Source of the DNA: the human T2T-CHM13v2.0 reference genome, Homo sapiens | Reading direction: 5' to 3' | Length of the DNA: 64,000 nt | NCBI GenBank assembly: GCA_009914755.4 | Contig: CP086569.2 | Span: 7,520,001-7,584,000 of the forward strand | Shown here: piece by piece, positions 29,466-43,080 of the stretch | Layout: every line of letters starts with the position of its first letter | How positions within the stretch are numbered: the stretch's first letter is position 1 | Notes under the pieces: model-generated | The model's database searches: none | Told to the model about the DNA's origin: nothing | The model's input: only the letters and a program-made list of their open reading frames with translations | Made by a program: the position numbers and the translations under genes

Positions 29466-29642
29466 TTTCTCATTTTGAGTGATAGAGACAGGAGCTAGTC
29501 AAGGGGCTTTTTCTCATTTTAAGTAATGGAGACATGGGATAGTCAAGGGAAATTTTTATTTTGAGTGATGAAGACAGGAGATAGCCAAGGGACCTATTCT
29601 CTTTTTGAGTGATGGAGACAAGAGATAGTCACAGGTCCTGGC
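29466..29642. repeat. Minisatellite, unit about 45 bp, four copies
   Basis: Units ttctcattttgagtgatagagacaggagctagtcaaggggcttt, ttctcattttaagtaatggagacatgggatagtcaagggaaattt, ttattttgagtgatgaagacaggagatagccaagggacctattctc and tttttgagtgatggagacaagagatagtcacaggtcctggcc. Confidence 0.7.
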
Positions 29643-29990
29643 CAAAACTCCATCTTCAAGCTTAAAACAGCCTGAAGCCTGAAAAACTGGATAGCTTGTT
29701 TCACACTCACCCTTTTCTAATCTCTTCTCACTGAGTAATATCTACCTCTACATTGGGAAAAGGAAGTGGAGACATTTAAATTCACACCTTTTGGCAGGGC
29801 AGGAGCCTGGACTTTTTCGTTGGCATGTGGTGAACTAGCGTTCATCAACCTGTGAAAAGGGGCCTATTAAAAGGAGTCCCACTCACTTTGCTGACAGGTT
29901 TCTTTCTCTTTGTTTGTTTGTATTTTTTTCTTTTTGCCCAATAAATTTTATTCTTCCCCCTTCAGTGTGTCCTTTAGCCTATTAACTCCT
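29643..29990 (+). repeat. LTR-like interspersed repeat, copy 1 (related to 34960-35400)
   Basis: Shared blocks with 34960-35400: ...ccatcttcaagcttaaaaca..., ...cccactcactttgctgacag.... Contains ccaataaa. Family unknown. Confidence 0.4.
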
Positions 29991-32900
29991 GATCATGTGA
30001 CAAGATCCTGGTTTTAGCTTTCCAAAAAACAAATAATAATAAAAAAAAACAAAATAAAGAAAAGAAAGAAAAAAATTTCTAAAACATTTCAGTGTCTAGA
30101 TGTGGGGCTTGAGGAGGGGTAATAGGTATACCAAAAAAAAAAAAATTATATTTTGTTTATAAGACTTTTCATCCTTGGATTTCTCCTGAGGCTAGAGGAA
30201 ACTGCACCACCTCACCCCACAAGCCCCAGGCACATCCCATGGAGAGATGTATGGTGGCCCTCACCCTTATCTCCTCTGGGATGGAAAATGCCAAGCATTC
30301 ATGGTGTCTACCCCTTCACTGGCCAAGGGATTCAGTCTCCTCTAAAAGCAATTGTTTTTCTCTCTGTTGATAAAAACCATTTGCAGAAGAATGAATATTT
30401 TCTTCCCTCCCCTACACTTTAGACTTTCATTTTTGTTTTTGTGTCTTTTATTGTTTGTATTGTCTTATGGTTGTTGTTTTTCTTCACACTGTCTGCAGTT
30501 TCCTTTTAAATAAAAGGGTTTTTTAATTTTTCTTCATAGAAAATGTTTTGCTGGGATAAGACCCCAACGATCACTGCTTATATTCTTTGTACTGTTTTAA
30601 TCGTGAAAGGGTATTTTTGAGGTTGATCTTGAGCTGTGGCCAATCTGGCATGCTTTCTATGTGATTCTCTATGATTGTTAGAAAATTGTGCAGCAGGCCT
30701 CCATCTTGTTTTATGCTTTAGAAACATGACCTGTCACCAGGTTGTAATGTTTTATTTTGGCCTCTTCAGTTTTATGATGGTGGCCCAGGTTTAATTCTGG
30801 CTTAGGGAATGTGTCTCTTCTGGTTTCACATCAGCATGTGATTTTGCTATTTGCAGATTCTCTTCCCCTTCACAAACTACCTTAACCTTTTTTTCTCTGA
30901 GCACCTGGTAAGGTATCTCTGATAAAGTTTGAAAGCCAGAAATACTGGCTACTTGGTACTTCTTGCATCAGGTAATAAGCATGTAAAAGGATTTTCTTAA
31001 AGAGTACTCAACTCAATTAAAAGTACATATCCAAATAATAGGTATGGTTAAAAGACATATTTTTCTCTTCTGGGTTTTTGTTTGGCTGGGGAAAGGATTT
31101 TTCTCAGCTAACTGAATTATTTTTCTTTATTTGGGCTTGCCACTCTCCTGCATAAATGAGAGTCCAGTAATTCTATCAGGAAAATCGCAAATAAAAAACA
31201 TATTGGCTACTGGGTTTTCGTTTGCCAGTCTGTGTAGTTATATATGTGCTATGTGAGTGACATCTATAAAGAAGAGCTCTAATAAATTCACTTAAAGAAT
31301 GATAAGACCTTGGATCAAACATTTTCTGAAGGGAAGATAAAAGCTATATACCTTTAAGTTCACATGATTTTCATCTTAGAGACATAAAAACAGCCTTAAA
31401 GATGATAAAAAAAACAACAACACAAATGTCATCAATGTATGAGTAGGTGCACTAAATTATGCAGGTCAGATACTAGGCTTGCTAAATATTTTAAGGTTAT
31501 AAACTGATTTTTTGGTTTTAGAGAACAGTTCAACTTTGCTTTACAATTGGTAAGGCCTGAGAACAAATGGAATTAACCACACCCTTAAGCTGAAAGGAGA
31601 CAAAACCTTGGCTGCACTTAGTACATAATAACAACAATTTACCTGGCATTACATTAAAGTTAAAATTACTAGAATTTGCCATTACAACATGTAATCAAAA
31701 CCAATGGAAATATATTTACAAATGACTTAGATTATAAGAAGTCATGGTAATATAAATTCTTGGCTAGGCTTGAACAATTGTTTTGAAATAGATAAAATGA
31801 AGTTAACAGTTCAAACAAATTGTAGAAGTATTGTAAAACTAAATGATGACAAAGAAATTCTTCATGTGAACATTAATTAAATTCTAAAGGTATTATATGG
31901 AGATTTTGTAAATTAAACATTGAAATAAAAACAGCACAGTAGTCTTAATGCAATAATCTGCTCTTTAGCATAATTTTTGAAGAATTATTAAAAGTTTCTG
32001 CTTTTTACATTTCTAAGTCATCGTTTTGGTTAAATAAGTTATTTATGATAATCTGGAATTTTATTTCATAACATTAAGTGTTTTAAACCACTAACATGTA
32101 ACATGCTTCTCAAAATCAATGTTTGTTATAAAATTGTCATTCTGAATTTCTGGCTTTTAGATGATACAGAGGGCCCATGGAGTATCCACAAGAGAGGCAA
32201 ACAGGATTATATGACATGATTAGTTACATTAAATTGACAAAATGGTGTTCAATATTCTTTAGATGATGTTTTGGTGAGTAATGCTAGTACATGTTTTAAA
32301 ACTGTTTGGGATTTCTAAAATTCTAATATCTGAAGTATATGCTATCAACCACAATTAAAGTTGTTATGTTAAGTTGTTGGAACCACAGAAATAAACAATT
32401 TTTTTTTGTCAAAGAAATAGCCAAAATATTTTATCAATCATGTTTCTTACTGTAATTACCCTAGACATTTGTTATACACAGATAGTTCTTTTCCTGTTTT
32501 GATTTTTTTCAAAAAAAGGATGAATCAGCTATAGAACTTTGCACAGATGCTCTCAAATACAGGTTTCTGATAACTTTGTAGATTTACATAAAAGTTAAAT
32601 TAAAGTTAAAGTCAAATTAATTAAATTTGAAGTTAAAGTAAAATTAAAGTTAAAATTAAAGATTGTGATATTAGAAAACAGAAAAAATGTACAGGACTCA
32701 TGGAGAGCTAAAATGTTCATGATTATGAAACAAAACAAGAGTTAACTGAACAGACTGGAAGAATAGAGAACCAAAATAATCTTTCTCACTTTTGCTTGTA
32801 CCATTAATGATCATTGTATTGTTTATCATAGTCAAGGAAACATATTTTGAGTTTCTTATAGCCTTTAATGTTTGACTAAGTTGTACTCTTGTGACCAAAA

Positions 32901-34959
32901 TTTAGAGCATGTTTTTCTCTCTCTGCCTGGCTTCTGCACAATTTGAAAAATAGTTGTGACTATTTTTAACTTTAGACAATGTATCTATTTGCATCAGTGC
33001 CATAATAATAACTTTTCTTTTACAACAGGACACAACTAAAAAAACTGATTGTTTTACCAAAGCCGTGACTAAAATGGTCTGCTTTCCTTTAAGGAGTCAA
33101 GTTCTACTTGCAGAGCCAATGAAAGTCCCTTGGAAGAACTGGGCTTATACCTTGTCTTCACAGTCCTTGCACAGGGTTCCTGATCTGTGGTAAGTAAAGA
33201 ATGAAACTTTCTGACAGGCCCAGTAGCTCCAAGTTTCTCTTGGGATCATAGCAGGAGATTACCCAAGTCATAATTAATTGATGATACAAGCCAATTGCTT
33301 GGCATGAATTTTGAAAGTCCTATCGGAAATTTCTTCTGGAACAGAGTTCCATCAAATCTAACATAAAAGACCTACGGATACAAAATTATTCTTGCTGCAC
33401 TTTATGCAAATAATTAGGCCCTATATAAGACTAAAGTTTATTTCACAAACAAATCAGTCCTATTGTGATTTGTCTTTTTAAATTAGAGGACTGGACAGAG
33501 AAAGATTATGTATCAAAACTCACTATGCATTTGTCATTAAATTTTAAAACCATGAGTTTGAATTTTTGCCCACATTTTAGATCAACCATGCTTGTTCCTG
33601 TGAAATAACTTGCAATCTTCAACTGCAGCTCAGAAGAAACAAAAAGGGATGAGTAATGTAAAAGTCTGGTTTAATATTCTGGTTCTGGGCAGTTATCCTG
33701 CAAATTTTTCAGGTAGTGAAAATAAATAGGATGCCCACCCACATCTTAGCAAGTTTAACTATTGTCACTAGTTATCTGGGTTTGTCACAAGACATTTTTA
33801 TTTTCTCTTCCTGTGGAAAGAGGACTAAATTCCACAACTTTATCTTAGCATTCAGCTATTAATAAGGAGTCCGTGCAATCCCCTGAGAAACATTTTTGTC
33901 CCAACCTCAATTCCTAGCCTCAAGTTGAAGTCCTAAGAAAGTATACTGGAGCTGAGAAACCCAGAAGTAGATGATTATGGGGGTTAAAATTCACAGTGGA
34001 GGAGAGCATGACTAATTCCAGTGGATTAAGCCAAGCCTCACATTTCATGGATAAAGGTCATGATACTATCTGTTACGTAAATGAGATCTAGTGAACTCCA
34101 GAACTACTGACAGCAGGGGAGATATGACATATGTAGGTAACAGCAGATATTTCCACCCCCAACAGGGGTCCATGTTAACATGAGTGAAAGCTGCTTTGAC
34201 ATCCATGGGTTGCACCCTATCACAATCACTGGGATTTGAGGATACAAGGATGCAAGGGGGAAAGACAACATTCCTTCTTCTATCTCTCAACATACACTGG
34301 ATATTTGGTAGAAAGATAAAGGAATCAGGAATACCTTCTCTCTCTTTCTAGATGTGTAGTCATTCATTTTCAGTCTATATTCCTTTTAAATGCATCCTAA
34401 AATTTTGGGCCTCCTTTGAAAAAGTGCTTACTTTTTACCTTTTTTTCTCCTCTGTCCTCTGTTTATAGACAGGTATTCATGTCTTTATACTACGGGACAG
34501 TCACCTCAGATGCATCCTAGAAGTTTGGAATAGTTAATTTCCCAAAGCTTAGACTGGTTGGCTTAGCTTAGGATTGGACTCAGGACAGAGGAACACAGAA
34601 GCCAGACATGCTTGCAAAAGGGTAAAAAAAAAAAAAAGTTTCTTTTGAAGTTGTGCTTTCATTGCCCTTCTTCCTGTGCAAACTGGAAAAAATATCTTGG
34701 AATTTTTGCGCTGTACTTTACACCTTCTCCTTGTTTCATTTTAATGCATGTTTTTTAATAACCCAGTTTGATTCTTCTCACATTTAGGCTACCAAACTTC
34801 TGACACTCATGCCACCAGAGGCTCAGACAAGTCCCCTTTCACTAGAGACATTTAGGTAGGGATTTTAGGAAAAACTGACTGCTGGTTTTCCAAAACAGTG
34901 CCCCCTGTTAGCAGGAAGCTCTTAAAAGTGGTGTTTGTCCTGATCCTTCTCCTTATTCT

Positions 34960-35400
34960 AATGGCAGTTAGATATACCTCTTTATATGGGGAACTTACAG
35001 AGTTAGAAAACAGCCAAATGGTCCTGGGTGAAACCCCACCTTCAAGCCTAAAACACCATAATGACTGAAAAATCAGACTGCTTCTCCTGGAGGAAGCCAC
35101 CCTTTTTTCAACCAATTCATTCTGAATAATGTCCACCTCCACAATGGGGGAAGTGATTGGAGCCATGGAGCCACGGAGTGTTCACTCTTGTTCAAGGAGA
35201 AGACTGGCCTCTGCAGTTCTTGTGTTACAGTTTAGTGTTAATCTACCTGGAAGGTGGGGCCTCCTCCTAGGACTCCCACTCACTTTGTTGACAGTTTATG
35301 TTTTCTTCTTTTTATCTTTTTACCCAATCAACTCTACTCCTCATCCTTCAGAGTATCCCTGAGCCTCATCTTCCACAGTCATGTGAGAAGAACCCAATTT
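34960..35400 (+). repeat. LTR-like interspersed repeat, copy 2
   Basis: Homologous to 29620-29990 (aaaccccaccttcaagcctaaaacac; ctcccactcactttgttgacag). Diverged. Confidence 0.4.
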
Positions 35401-35664
35401 TGCTGAAGTGAGGAGAAAGTTCTGCAAAATGAGGATTGTGAATCCTCATTTATGGTAAGCTGAGTATAAGCATGTGGATTTCTTTCTGGCTTCTCTTACT
35501 GGTTTCAACAATTATTTTTCTGTCTTTATGCCATCACCACACAATTTTGACTAATGTAACTTTGCAATATGTTTGGAAATACAAAACAATTATTCCTCTG
35601 AGATTTTTTTTAGGTTGTTTTCTTTCTTGTGGTTTTTTTGAGTGTTTATAGGGCAATATTTGTT

Positions 35665-35925
35665 GGCTCACTCCTGTAAATCCAGAACTTTGGGAAGCCA
35701 AGGTAGGTAGATTGCTTGAGTCCAGGAGTTTGAGACCAGCCTGGGAAATATAGTGAAACCCTGTCTCTTAAAAAAAAAAAAATACAAAAACTTTCTGAGC
35801 TTACTGGCGTTCACCTGCAGTTTCAGCACTTCTGAAGCTGTGGTGGGAGAATCAATTGAGCTTTAGACTTCAAGGATACAGTGAGCAATGATTATGACAC
35901 TACAGCCTGAGTGACACAGGTAAAT
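35665..35925 (+). mobile_element. Old Alu (AluJ-like), plus strand
   Basis: ggctcactcctgtaaatccagaactttgggaagccaaggtaggtagattgcttgagtccaggagtttgagaccagcctgggaaatatagtgaaaccctgtctcttaaaaaaaaaaaaatac..., and a right monomer ending ...acagcctgagtgacacagg. Confidence 0.8.
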
Positions 35926-36289
35926 ATTGATTCAAACATTTTATCATAATTTAGTATTTCTGCAAAAATTATCATTGTTTAAAGAGTTCTCACTGATGTG
36001 TAGATCACTTTGTATATCATTAATATCTAAAAATCTTGCATGTTCTAACTCTTGAAAAATAGTATGGTAAAGAATATATCTATTTTTCAAATACATGCAA
36101 ACATGCTAGTTTTGTTTTAACTTCCAGTTATATTTTACTGTAGTCAGAAATAATACTTTTTGTGAATACCATCTGTTTAAATATGCTAAAAATAGTATGC
36201 TACCTTAGAAGTTTGCCTATTTTAGAAAAGGTGTCATATGCAATTAGTAGTGTTATGTATTATGCTATTGTTGGGTAAAGTGTTTTGTA

Positions 36290-36790
36290 GATTAACTTAA
36301 CATCTCATTTCTCTGTTCAACATTTTTATTTCTTTGTGCATTTGTCATCTTTATTTTGTTTCTCTTTATTTTTATTTATTTTCATTTTTTCTGTTAATTT
36401 AATTTATATTATTTCTCGTTATATTCTCTTCATCTCCAATATACTCCAAGTTGTATCTTGTTTGTAGCAGTTTAATTTTATATTGTTACTTTTATTTATT
36501 TCTCTTCATATTCCTTCATATTAATTTTTCTTATTTAATTTTTATTTTTTCTTTATTCTGAAAATTTTTACTGCAAATTATTTCATTTCTGTTTATTTCT
36601 TTTTTGTATTTATTGTTTATCTTAATCTTAATTTTTATCTCACTGATTTAATTGCATTTCTCATTATTTTTCTCTATTTTATTTCAGTTTATTTTATTTG
36701 TCCTTACATTTTTCACTTATTTTACATTTATTTTTATATTTTATTTCTCTTGATTTTTCTTATGTATTTTTCTATATTTTGCTTTGTAAA
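36290..36790. repeat. T-rich low-complexity region
   Basis: About 500 bp dominated by tttatt, ttttct and atttc motifs. No coding or structural signal. Confidence 0.6.
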
Positions 36791-37198
36791 ACAGAAGAGA
36801 TGAGATATTTTAGATTGGCCCAGCCATAGCAGTCAAGACTCGTGTTTGCTGGGGCTCTCTGACAGCTACTGTACCCTAGGAGTCTTCAATGAAAAGTATG
36901 ATCAGGGCATCCTAGCAAGACTGCTAAGATCCCTGGACAGATCTTCCATTGCTACAGGCCCATCTAGCATTCAGTGTCATGGGTCATTTCTGCTGCTTTC
37001 AGAAGGCCCCTGCAAGCCTCAGTGTTGCTAGGCCAAAGCCCTGACTGCCTCTTTGTTTGTGTCCCAATGGATCCCCCACACATAATCCAGGATCCTGACT
37101 GTTCTTTCTTTTTTCCCAGAACAGGGTCACACCCACTCCACTCCACATCAGAGCATATCTAGACCATAAGTGTGTCTTTGTGTTTTTAAAAAGAGTAT

Positions 37199-37483
<285 letters not shown>

Positions 37484-40400
37484 TTAATATATGTTCACTT
37501 GACATATAACTGATTTATTGTGAAAATATCAGCTTTATTGGTAGATACACATGCAAATTTCTGCAAAAATGCTAATGATGTTAGGAGATGACATTTCTAC
37601 ATTTCATCTGATGATTTCATGGTGTTGCTATTTTACTTTTTCCGGTCTTTATCTCTATATTTTCAATGGGAAAATCCTCAATGAAGAATCCTCAGTATGA
37701 TAGACAAAATGTTGTTTAATTGATCATTGATAGACGCAATGAGTTAACTTCTGGTTTTTACTTGGAGTTCTTACAGCTAGGATTAAAAACTCTTGGTTGT
37801 ATACTCACACGATGAGGAGTTATACTATGCTGTCCTCTTCTATACATTTGTCTGCTGTCACAACTTTTCGAACTTGCCAACGGAAATTGAGGAAAATTGT
37901 TTCCCTCAGACTTACTCATTTCCCTTTAGTAAATTTTAAAGTGGTGCATTATTTAGATTTCTTATAAGCTCATAATCACAGAGGCCATATTTGTCAATAG
38001 AAAGATTTCTTGCATCAGGATTAAGTAAAGGTGTTTAACAATCATGGCTTATGGTTCCTCCAGAGGCAAAATGGAGCTTAAAAACCATTACTGAAACAAA
38101 AAAGTAATAAAAGAAGTTGAGGGCTGCCCAGAGGATAAAGAAAAAAATGCTCCCTTTTACTTCCCAAGTGGTCACTGCTTATTTTGGCATTAATCTTGCT
38201 TCTGACCATGATGTGTTTCTTACTGATCTTTCTTGGTATTCCACTGATTGTGCATCTATAAAAAGAGGCCTGGATGAAAGTAGTAAAAAGAACAACTGCA
38301 TCCTTCTATAGCTGATACCTTGTTGAGCTGTGAAGCACATTGAGCAGAGTCTGAAATCCTTCCTCACTATGGGGTAAGTTGTGTCAAACTCAACACCAAT
38401 TGAAATGGCACAAGGATCAAGATGCCAAAGAAGAGACTCAGAACCAGTACATGAGATATGGACTTTTAGTGGAAACTTCTATAGAGGGCAGAAAGTACAG
38501 TGTCAATGGGCTTAACTGAATAACTGTGCCCACTTGCAAAAAGTCTGCAGTTTGTATAGCCTTTTTATCTGGCACTTTTTTCCTGAAGAAACTTTCACCT
38601 GTCAGCCTTCATTTAACAAAAATGGAATAGCCTCAATTCCATGTGTGGCCTGTGTTCCATGTCACAAGATGAGACAGAACAGATGCTCAGACATTCCTTA
38701 TAGATAAATAGTAATCTCCAGGTTGACTACAACTAGACTTTTTAGCACTGGAACTATGAACAATCAAAAGCATTTATTTATGCAGGGTCAGTATCCAGGT
38801 ATTCCCAAGTCAACACTGTCAGTTTTGTCCATCATACAGGCTGGGTCAGGCTGTGGAGTTTCTTCTTCCTGAGATTCTAGATTCAAAATAGTTTTTGCTT
38901 TTACTTGAATTTTTGAGTTGACAGGAGTTTATCTAAAAGGCCTGATGTATGTGAACTTTGCAGGTACAGTTGTATAAGTTAATGCGATGACTTTTTAGTT
39001 GGTAGAGTTTCTGTCTGTTACAGGTGTGACTGTGTGTTTACAGGTTGCTGAGGTGACCTTCTCCAGATTTTCATTGGACCGTGACATTCTGGAGCCCCAG
39101 TTCCACTATTTTCCAAGGTGGGACATGCTGAACCAGACCCTGAAATTGTGGTTCAGTGTGACCAGGCTGAGACTGACCTTTAAAAGAAAGAACTGCAAAG
39201 TTGGTGTCTTATTTTCCTTGTCATTCCAGTGTATCTTTTGGTAAAGAGACCAGAAAAGACTACTTTGGTATGGAGACCAGAAAAGAGAGAGTATGTGACA
39301 GCCCTCCTCATAGAGTGGTACTATTTATTCATGACTCCAAAGCGTCAAGAAAAGTTGAGAGAACTGTCTTCCTGGCACAGCCTGAGTAGGCTAGAGCACT
39401 GTGACCCTTAATACTTAGTTCATGTATTCTTCACAGAAATTAAAAAAAATAGTATATGGGGGTAGAGAAATGGTTGGTACAAATAACAAGTTGCAGGTGA
39501 AATAATTGGAGACAGGAAGAGAATGGAATCTGCTTACACCAGTACACATACTGCCTAGGTGCTGCTGAACAGTCAAGTCAGTTCTCTGATTTGAGCCTTG
39601 TGTCTTGGAATTAACAGGCCCACTTCTGCTCTGGCCTGAGTGCTAAACTTTTTTGTTCTAGAATCAAATGTGAATTCTGGACTCTGGAATTCCAGTTGCG
39701 TTTCACAGGCCAGTGGATTAAGGAGGCCCAAATCAGCCCACAAAAGGGGTTGTGGATGGCTCTACCACAAATGACTGGTTGCTTTTGTGCCTACACTCAT
39801 GAAGAAGAGGCATCATCTTCCTCAAGGCAAGCCCAGAGAGATCTGAAGCGTACAGGTGCCAGTGAAGGAAAAAGGTAATGCCTCAGGCCATTGCTTTTGC
39901 CCCTCCTGTGTTGTGTCTTTGGAGGCTCTATTTGCTCATCCAAAAATGGGCAATGAAAGCCCCTCGGTGACTGGCTGCTCACCCCACATTTACCAGGCCA
40001 CTGCAGAGTGCCCACCCTGCAGCTCTAGGTACATCCTCTGCTTCAAAAAGCTGGGGAAACTCTGGGCTGAGTTAATAGCCCTGAGAGGGTTCTCCCACTC
40101 TGGGAGCACTCCTGCCCGCCCCTTTATATCCACGTGACAGCTGAGCATGTCTGCTATATGCCAACCTTATTGTCTGCTTTTGCCAAGCCCAGGGCTTCAC
40201 TGATTGGCTAGGGGAACGTGCTCACAGAAGCCCAGGTGAACTATCTATACTTTCTCCAATGCACAACCTCATGCAGGTGCCACCCAGGTTTTCTTTTAAA
40301 TTGTAATCTTAGGGGGTTAGAAGGCACTAAATTATTCACTAATAAGTCTTCTCTAACTTCTTGACTAATAAATCAATAAGTCAATGGGAAAAGATGGGTG

Positions 40401-40688
40401 TGGGCCTTGATATTCTTAATCTCCTTCCTCTAGTGGGACTGAATTGGGGTTGTCATCCTGATTTCTTTTTCAAAAAAGCTAGCAAGTGAGGCGGGACTCA
40501 AGGTCCAGGAACAGTACCAAACTCCTAGGCTGGAGTCGCGCAGGGCCTTCTGAGGTCCCTGCAGATAGGAGGCCTTAGTGGAGGTCCAGCTCCCTTTTCT
40601 AGGATGATAACTATGGACCCTTCCTGAAACACCAAGGAGGGCCTACTCTTTCTGCAAATTGCAATCTCTGGTTTCTGAGGGGTGAGAC

Positions 40689-40748
40689 TGTGTGTATGTG
40701 TGTATGTGTGTGTATGTGTGTGTATGTGTGTGTGTGAGTGTGTGTGGA
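40689..40748. repeat. (GT)n / (TGTGTATG)n microsatellite
   Basis: gtgtgtatgtgtgtatgtgtgtgtatgtgtgtgtatgtgtgtgtgtgagtgtgtgtgg. Confidence 0.9.
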
Positions 40749-42046
40749 CATGGCCTTCTGCTTCATTTCCAGGGGTTGTTTCCCTAGAAGAAATTCCTAG
40801 GGAATCTTGAGACTGTGCTGGAGGTTGTCATACTGCCAAAGTCAGTAAGAGTGTCTCAAGGCTATAATTAATATGTTTTCTGCACATTATTTTGTCAAGA
40901 TTACTTTTGCCAAATAATGTGTAAAAAAAAGTTGTTTATCCTTTACATTATTTTAATTAGGTCATCAAACAAACCTTTTATTTTCTTCAAATTTATTTTC
41001 AAGACACTTATTTAATTTTTGTTTTCTTCTTTGTTCAAATTGTTACCTGATTTAGAGCCAAATATTTAAAGAATGTGATACACAAATACTAAAAAGTGAC
41101 AACAATTTATTTGAGATGTAATTAAATTTCTTAAATTAGTAAATAATTTCAATAAACTTAGTTTATGTTACTTATATAAATTATTTTTCATCTTATCCTT
41201 AATCTTAAAAAAATTTAGCTAGGTACACAATTCAAAATTGAGGGATGATTTAAATAGGCAACTTAAAAATATTTTATTAGACATGTTGAGTAGTTTAATT
41301 CTCAAATATTTTTTCTTAGAAACCAATATACTTGACAATTGATATTGATAGTATCTACATAAGTGGCATTATAAACATGCTTTTATAGTTTCCAAAATTT
41401 TAGAAGAAAAAAATCTATTCTTGTCTTCATCAGTAAAACTTTAAGATTACAGCAATGAGATTATGTTGACCGGCTAAATTACCCACAAAAAACTGAAACA
41501 GATTAATTTACTTACTCTGTATCTTTCAGTATCTGATAATGAACAGATTTTAAGAGGCTCAGAATCTGCTTCAGTATAGAAATAAAGCCAAACAACTCTT
41601 CTGAAAGAATTATTAAAAATTTACAGAAAAAATTGATTATTTATAATATTTAAAAAATTGCCCAATTCATAGTTCAAAAAATACCATTCTTACTGTGTTT
41701 TACTACTGGCAGAAGGTGTGTTTTCTTAATGACCTGACACAACATAACCACTCTTTGTATATTATTTAATTGCCCAAAATCTACCCAGAACTGAAGGCTA
41801 ATTCTGCCAGTTCCTAAAAAGACAGTTTTCAGACACAAAACCATTTTCATTTAGGCTTGTTGCCTACATTGACCTTCCAGTAATGTCTGCCAGAACTACA
41901 CTTCTAAGAGCCCAGGAGAGTAGGGCAGAAATAAAGACTCCTTGGGTTATAACAAATATTTGGTTTTGTTCTTCCATATCACACAGTATTTCTATCCTCA
42001 GAGACAATAAGTTGAGGATGTGCTGTGTCAAGATCTACAATCAAGG

Positions 42047-42164
42047 CAAGGTGTAGTGGCTCATGTCTGTAATCTTAGCACTTTAGGGTGCCAAGGTGGG
42101 CAGATCACAAGGTTAGGAGATCAAGACCATCTTGCCTAAAACGGTGAAACCTCATCTCTACTAA
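42047..42164 (+). mobile_element. Alu, 5' part, split by the L1 insertion
   Basis: ggcaaggtgtagtggctcatgtctgtaatcttagcactttagggtgccaaggtgggcagatcacaaggttaggagatcaagaccatcttgcctaaaacggtgaaacctcatctctactaa, then L1 sequence. Confidence 0.85.
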
Positions 42165-42914
42165 CTGGCCATCAGAGAAATGCAAATCAAAACCACAATG
42201 AGATACCATCTCACACCAGTTAGAATGGCAATCATTAAAAAGTCAGGAAACAACAGGTGCTGGAGAGGATGTGGAGAAATAAGAACACTTTTACACTGTT
42301 AGTGGGACTGTAAACTAGTTCACCCATTGTGGAAGTCAGTGTGGCGATTCCTCAGGGATCTAGAACTAGAAATCCCATTTGACCCAGCCATCCCATTACT
42401 GGGTGTATACACAAAGGACTATAAATCATGCTGCTATAAGGACACATGCACACGTATGTTTATTGTGGCACTATTCACAATAGCAAGGACTTGGGACCAA
42501 CCCAAATATCCAACAATGATAGGCTGGATTAAGAAAATGTGGCACATATACACCATGGAATACTATGCAGCCATAAAAAATGATGAGTTCATGTCCTTTG
42601 TAGGGACATGGATGAAACTGGAAATCATAATTCTCAGTAAACTATCACAAGGACAGAAAACCAAACAACACATGTTCTCACTCATAGGTGGGAATTGAAC
42701 AATGAGAACACGTGGATACAGGAAGGGGAACTTCACACTCTGGGGACTGTTGTGGGGTGGGGGGAGGGGGGAGGGATAGCATTAGGAGGTATACCTAATG
42801 CTAAATGATGAGTTAATGGGTGCATCACACCAGCATGGCACATGTATACATATGTAACTAACCTGCACATTGTGCACATGTACCCTAAAGTATAATAATA
42901 ACAATAAAAAAAAA
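42165..42914 (+). mobile_element. 5'-truncated young L1 (L1PA-like) 3' end: ORF2 C-terminus, 3' UTR and poly-A
   Basis: ORF 42327-42698(+) reads WKSVWRFLRDLELEIPFDPAIPLLG.Y.KDYKSCCYKDTCTRMFIVALFTIA.TW.QPK.PTMI.WIKKMWHIYTMEYYAAIKNDEFMSFVGTWMKLEIIILSKLSQGQKTKQHMFSLIGGN, with only a few percent divergence from the human L1 ORF2 C-terminus. Followed by the canonical 3' UTR and an A-run at 42906-42914. Confidence 0.9.
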
Positions 42915-43080
42915 TACAAAGAATTAGCTGGGCTTGGTGGAGGGTGCCCGTATTCTCAACTACTTAGTATGCTGAGGCAGGAGAATCAAACCTCGGAGAC
43001 AGAGGTTGCAGATTGTACCATTGCACTACAGCCTGGGTGACAGATGGAGACTCCAACTCAAAGGAAAAAAAAAACAACAA
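42915..43080 (+). mobile_element. Alu, 3' part (continuation of 42047-42164)
   Basis: ...tacaaagaattagctgggcttggtggagggtgcccgtattctcaactacttagtatgctgaggcaggagaatcaaacctcggagacagaggttgcagat...agcctgggtgacagatggagactccaactcaaaggaaaaaaaaaa. Confidence 0.85.

Noticed and set aside
39696-40137. Overlapping 60-93 aa ORFs in the most unique-looking part of the island
   Set aside because: No start or stop context, no splice signals, no codon periodicity I can discern, and no similarity to proteins I know. Probably chance ORFs in intergenic or intronic DNA.
42327-42698. 123-aa ORF with strong similarity to the L1 ORF2 C-terminus
   Set aside because: Genuine L1-derived coding sequence, but it is only the last 120 or so codons of a 5'-truncated L1 (750 bp in total) and so non-functional. 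It is annotated as a mobile element, not a CDS.
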